A stretch of DNA of 64,000 bases from an uncultured Oleispira sp. (GTDB lineage Bacteria > Pseudomonadota > Gammaproteobacteria > Pseudomonadales > Oceanobacteraceae). Positions 60,129 through 64,000 of the stretch are shown here, piece after piece. Position numbers and translations under genes: made by a program. Numbering within the stretch: the first letter of the stretch is position 1; each line of letters begins with the position of its first letter. Location of the stretch: positions 4,194-68,193 of the forward strand of contig CAWVSY010000012.1 of the NCBI GenBank assembly GCA_963933055.1. The letters run 5' to 3'. The notes beneath the pieces were generated by a model. The model searched no databases and was not told the origin of the DNA. It saw only the letters and a program-made list of their open reading frames with translations.

Positions 60129-60342
60129 GGTGAAACTCCATCTTTGATTATGGTGATAAACGCATTCGTCTTTTAGCCTACAAGGTAAAACACGTCTCGG
60201 GTGAGTTTCAGCTAATAGATCATGATGAGATTCGTTGGTTGCCTATTGAAGAGCTAGATAGCTTAAAGTGGGCACCTGCGACCTTCCTATTATTGAAGCG
60301 TTAAATCAGCAAGCCAAAGATCAGCCTACTGCTGAGTTCTAA
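60102..60342 (+). pseudogene. NUDIX (MutT/NudG-like) pyrophosphohydrolase remnant
   Basis: EYPCGK/EAGETP (degenerate NUDIX box, frameshifted), deletion, then FDYGDKRIRLLAYKV...HDEIRWLPIEELDSLKWAPA, frameshift, LPIIEAL. Confidence 0.8.
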
Positions 60343-61639
60343 CCTTAACATTTTCTGCACTCACCATTGTATCTCTCATACTTTCAGCAACAGCCCTAAT
60401 TACATTGATACAGACTGAGTTTCCAAATTGTTTGTATATCTGGCCATGTGATACGGCGTCCACAATGAACTTGTCAGGAAAGCCTTGTAGGCGCGCGCAT
60501 TCACGTGGCGTGAGTAAGCGTGGGTTGCGTCCAATTTCAGATTGATCGATTAGGACCTCTGACCCGTCTTTATAATACCTAGCACTGATAGTATTAACGT
60601 ATTCACTATCATGATTAAATAGAGAGTAGCCGAAGCCATTGCCTTTAAGTAAGTGTTCAGCTTTACGTTTTTTGTGCCCAGCCCACAACTTGTCAGAAAT
60701 AGTATACCTGTCATCAAGCTTAGCCAGTTGCTTGGGCGTTTGTAGGATTTTACCTAATCTAGTTTTTGTTTTCGGTGGGGTAGGCCAATCAAATAATTCA
60801 TTGAAATCAGCATCTTTACCATAGTAATCTTTATCAAATCCAACGATAAAAATACGTTCACGATTTTGAGGTGCGCCAAAGTCACCTGCTCTTAGAACTC
60901 TGAATTCTGTGTGGTAATTTAACTTTTGCGATAATGCTTTTCTAGCTTCATCTGACATTGGGATATCTGATGGAATATCTTGCTTATGCTCACCGCGAAG
61001 GATTGCCAAAATAGTTTCTAAAGTTCTACCTTTATTATGGCCTTTAAGCTGTTTGACGTTTTCCAACAAGAATGCTTTTGGGCGCTTTTCAGCAAGAATT
61101 CGCTGCACCTCAAAAAACATTGTACCGCGCGTATCATCGAAACCTTGCTTTAAACCTGCTTGAGAGAACGATTGGCAGGGAAAGCCTGCTAATAATACAT
61201 CGTGGTCGGGTACATCTTTGGATTTTATGTTCGTTATATCACCATTAGGGACTTCACCATAATTTGCCACATATGTCTTTTGCGCAAACTTATCCCACTC
61301 GGATGTGAGAACACACTCACCACCCAACTCTTGGAATGGTTGTCTGATACCACCAATACCTGCAAATAGGTCTATAAACTTGAATTCAGCAGGGGTGCTG
61401 TCATCGTATTTAAACGGTGCTTTGGCTCGGATGTCGTTTAATTGTTCTTCAAGATTATTGATTGCATCGATTTTGCCTTTCGTTGGCTTGTGTTCACCAG
61501 TTTCCCAGCCTCTTACTGTTCTTTCGCCAGTAGAGTTCATGCCCAATAAATTTGCAAATTCTGTACGGCCTAGGCCTAACTTTTCGCGTGTACTTTTTAT
61601 CAGTGAGGCTATATTATTAGACTCTTTAGTTATATTCAT
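60326..61639 (-). CDS. C5-cytosine DNA methyltransferase with N-terminal XRE HTH, M.SsoII-like
   Basis: HTH (REKLGLGRTEFANLLG...ERTVRGWETG), FAGIGG, GFPCQ, ENV, QNRERIF, TRD motif TISARYYKDGSE, TPRECARLQGFP, YKQFGNSV. Confidence 0.93.
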   Translation of the reverse strand: MNITKESNNIASLIKSTREKLGLGRTEFANLLGMNSTGERTVRGWETGEHKPTKGKIDAINNLEEQLNDIRAKAPFKYDDSTPAEFKFIDLFAGIGGIRQPFQELGGECVLTSEWDKFAQKTYVANYGEVPNGDITNIKSKDVPDHDVLLAGFPCQSFSQAGLKQGFDDTRGTMFFEVQRILAEKRPKAFLLENVKQLKGHNKGRTLETILAILRGEHKQDIPSDIPMSDEARKALSQKLNYHTEFRVLRAGDFGAPQNRERIFIVGFDKDYYGKDADFNELFDWPTPPKTKTRLGKILQTPKQLAKLDDRYTISDKLWAGHKKRKAEHLLKGNGFGYSLFNHDSEYVNTISARYYKDGSEVLIDQSEIGRNPRLLTPRECARLQGFPDKFIVDAVSHGQIYKQFGNSVCINVIRAVAESMRDTMVSAENVKVRTQQ

Positions 61640-61667
61640 TGTTTGGCCATACTTATCCGGTTATTGC

Positions 61668-61701
61668 CCTGGAGAATAGCACTGTGTATTTGAACAGTCA
61701 A
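61668..61701 (-). promoter_or_regulatory. Methyltransferase sigma70 promoter with overlapping LexA-type box and adjacent CCWGG site
   Basis: Minus strand TTGACT (61701-61696), N17, TATTCT (61678-61673); CTGT-N8-ACAG at 61682-61697; CCTGG at 61668-61672. Confidence 0.7.
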
Positions 61702-61782
61702 TCGTGCTTGAGTAATATAGTGTGGCAATTTGGTTTGTTCTCTTTCGATATTATTAATACGTAGTTAGGATAGGATTCTTTT

Positions 61783-63804
61783 ATGTTACGTGATTTAACC
61801 CAGCTAAAAGGCATTGTTGTTGATGAAGATGGACTTAGTGATTTTAAGCTACCGTCACAATTAATATCACAACTTAAAGACCCTTTGAGTGCGCTAGGGT
61901 ATGAGCTTAATGATTACACTTCATACGCTATTACGGATAAAGCGTCTGTAGGCAAGCCAGCTAAATTTGCTCTAATACCAAATAGATATTTTTTGTTTTC
62001 CTATCAAATGCATGAACTTGCAATAGAACTTTATAAATATTCTGAAATATTTGATCGAATAAGGCAGCATGCAAAAAAATTAGTAGGTGATGCTAGCTAT
62101 ATTTCTAATGCGATAAAGACTGCCCCTGAAATGTTAAATCTATTTAAGGATGAGAATGACATTTCACTTTTTTCAAGGTTTTTAGATAAAGATGCTTCAG
62201 AATATCGCTTAGGCTCTAAGCGGCTGATAAATGATAAAGGTGTGGCTAGGGGGACTAAGGATTGTTTTGGCTCCGTAATATTGAAAGGAATAAATATACC
62301 CGATTCATCATCTAGCATTTATGGTCGCTTAGTTTACGATCTTTGTGCTAACCAAAGTGTGTATGATGAACTCCTTTCAATTATTTTAGAAAACCTCTTC
62401 GAAGCAGAAATAATTATCATAAGTGATACTTCGATTCGTGACTTTGCTCTTAAAATTTTTAAAACTTTTTATGAAGGAAGTTGGAATGAAGTTGTCTTAG
62501 AAGGTGATTCTAGAGAAGCTAAAGTTGGTGATGCAACTTTTTTAACTAAAGACTTTGGGCCTTTTAAACGCTTGATCGGTGTGTTTGAAAGCCTGCAAGA
62601 TAAATCAACTTTGACTTCATCTGGTGCATCTAGATTTTTTGATACTCCTGTTTTTTCAAATGATAATGGTTACTATTATTTTACTTCACAATGGAATGGT
62701 TCGGGTGACTACAGTCTTTCTTTTGATAACCTTAAGTCATTTTTTGAATTAAAATTTCCAGAATACTTCCTTGAGTTTAAGGAAGGTGAATATAGATTAT
62801 TAAAAATTAGTACACAAAAAACCCTTAATAAGCTTCATGCTAAGGGAGCATCAAATATAATATATTATGGTGCCCCCGGTACCGGAAAAAGTTATGCCAT
62901 TGATGAAATAGTAAAAACAGCCAATCATGTTTCTACTGTTTTTCACCCTGAGACTCAATACAGTGACTTTGTTGGTTGTTTAAAACCATCTATGAATGGT
63001 TCTGAGGTTGAGTATAAATTTAGGGAAGGGCCATTTTGTAAGGTTCTCAAAGTTGCTGATGAAAATCCCCAAGAGCATTGTTACCTAGTAATTGAAGAAA
63101 TTAATAGAGCCTCTTCAGCAGCCGTGTTTGGTGAAATATTTCAGCTTCTTGATCGTGAATCTAATGGTAGTAGTCGTTATGGTGTTGATATTAATGACCC
63201 TGATATGCTTTCTTATTTAACTATAAATGCGCCATCAGTAATTGTTGATGGACAGTTAAAATTACCTTCGAATTTATCTATATACGCAACAATGAATAGT
63301 AGTGACCAAGCTGTTATGCCTATGGATACTGCATTTAAGAGGAGGTGGAGGTTTGAGTATAAAGCTATTGATTTTTCTACTTGTGCAAGTGGCTCATTTA
63401 CAATTTTAGATTCTGATAAAGAACCCTTAACAATTAATTGGAAAGATTTTGCTATTTGTACAAATGAGTGTCTAGCAGATCAAGGAATTCCTGAAGATCG
63501 CCATTTAGGCCCTTGGTTTTTAAGTAGTGAAGAACTGGCTGAAGATTCGGTTAACAGTGTACTTACAGGTAAATTGTTCATGTATCTATGGGATGATGTG
63601 CTACGTCATGGACTACAGGGCGCTGTATTTGATAAAAGCAATATTAGAAATTATGGTCAGCTTGTGCAAAAATTTAATACAGGTGAATTAATATTTAGCG
63701 AAGTACTGCTTGATAAATTCATGAAGATTTCTGGTGTGAAGAATTTGTCGCTTGTAGCTGAGCCAAAGCCTGAATATATAGTTCAGAATAATAGAGAAGA
63801 GTAG
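61783..63804 (+). CDS. McrB-like AAA+ GTPase subunit of a restriction system
   Basis: YGAPGTGKS, FHPETQYSDFVG, LVIEEINRA, ATMNSSD (NxxD), DTAFKRRW; long uncharacterised N-terminus. Confidence 0.92.
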   Translation: MLRDLTQLKGIVVDEDGLSDFKLPSQLISQLKDPLSALGYELNDYTSYAITDKASVGKPAKFALIPNRYFLFSYQMHELAIELYKYSEIFDRIRQHAKKLVGDASYISNAIKTAPEMLNLFKDENDISLFSRFLDKDASEYRLGSKRLINDKGVARGTKDCFGSVILKGINIPDSSSSIYGRLVYDLCANQSVYDELLSIILENLFEAEIIIISDTSIRDFALKIFKTFYEGSWNEVVLEGDSREAKVGDATFLTKDFGPFKRLIGVFESLQDKSTLTSSGASRFFDTPVFSNDNGYYYFTSQWNGSGDYSLSFDNLKSFFELKFPEYFLEFKEGEYRLLKISTQKTLNKLHAKGASNIIYYGAPGTGKSYAIDEIVKTANHVSTVFHPETQYSDFVGCLKPSMNGSEVEYKFREGPFCKVLKVADENPQEHCYLVIEEINRASSAAVFGEIFQLLDRESNGSSRYGVDINDPDMLSYLTINAPSVIVDGQLKLPSNLSIYATMNSSDQAVMPMDTAFKRRWRFEYKAIDFSTCASGSFTILDSDKEPLTINWKDFAICTNECLADQGIPEDRHLGPWFLSSEELAEDSVNSVLTGKLFMYLWDDVLRHGLQGAVFDKSNIRNYGQLVQKFNTGELIFSEVLLDKFMKISGVKNLSLVAEPKPEYIVQNNREE

Positions 63805-63808
63805 CCAC

Positions 63809-64000
63809 TTGTCTTCTCTAAAGTTCTTTAATGATCGCCAGAATATCTCAGATATTGATGCCAGCCTAGTTGATGAGTTGAAGTCACTGGGGCTTATTTT
63901 ACATGGAAAAATACCGAAGGTTTCTTTTTGTGGGCTATTAGTAAAATCTTCGCAGTTGTTTATATTTCTACCACGCTCCATTAGTATCAACTCTCTAAGT
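63809..64000 (+). CDS. McrC/LlaJI-family restriction endonuclease subunit, 5' part (runs off window end)
   Basis: TTG start after GAAGAG, 4 nt past the McrB stop: (M)SSLKFFNDRQ...KVSFCGLLVKSSQLFIFLPRS; not in the ORF track. Confidence 0.7.
   Translation, partial: MSSLKFFNDRQNISDIDASLVDELKSLGLILHGKIPKVSFCGLLVKSSQLFIFLPRSISINSLS

Larger units (their letters stand above)
56713..64000. other. Defence island (continues beyond window)
   Basis: Cluster of defence-type genes and relics; abrupt AT enrichment and codon-style change from about 57.4 kb; no mobility gene visible in the window. Confidence 0.75.

Noticed and set aside
63688-63990. 100-aa minus-strand ORF
   Set aside because: Antisense to the McrB end and the LlaJI-like start; no motif

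Overview
AT-rich gammaproteobacterial chromosome segment; gene content fits a marine Oceanospirillales-type organism (inference). 1-18 kb is mostly housekeeping: the 5' part of the fatty-acid cis/trans isomerase cti (missed by the ORF track), a cNMP-rhodanese protein, divergent bioFHCD/bioA with a BirA operator, two methyltransferases, tsaA, ETF-QO, a shortened MalT-type regulator, purC-GDT1-yegD and an MCP. 18.1-41.8 kb is a Fur-boxed iron island: TonB-dependent receptor, PepSY module, two membrane acyltransferase-like proteins, a siderophore-interacting reductase, and a petrobactin-type asbABC(DE)F cluster with its own PPTase, MATE exporter and polyamine genes (speA, two carboxyspermidine dehydrogenases, nspC, but no agmatinase). 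43.3-47.7 kb is telA plus an SF1 helicase/nuclease with an unusual C-terminal helical domain (candidate new defence or stress system). 47.9-55.9 kb is alpha-2-macroglobulin plus pbpC. From about 56.7 kb a defence island runs off the window end: an internally deleted DUF2075-S24 relic, an intact TIR-STAND gene, a NUDIX relic folded into a perfect hairpin, and an SsoII-like HTH-C5 methyltransferase, whose promoter carries a LexA-type box, divergent from McrB/LlaJI-like restriction genes. No rRNA, tRNA, CRISPR array, integrase or IS was recognised.
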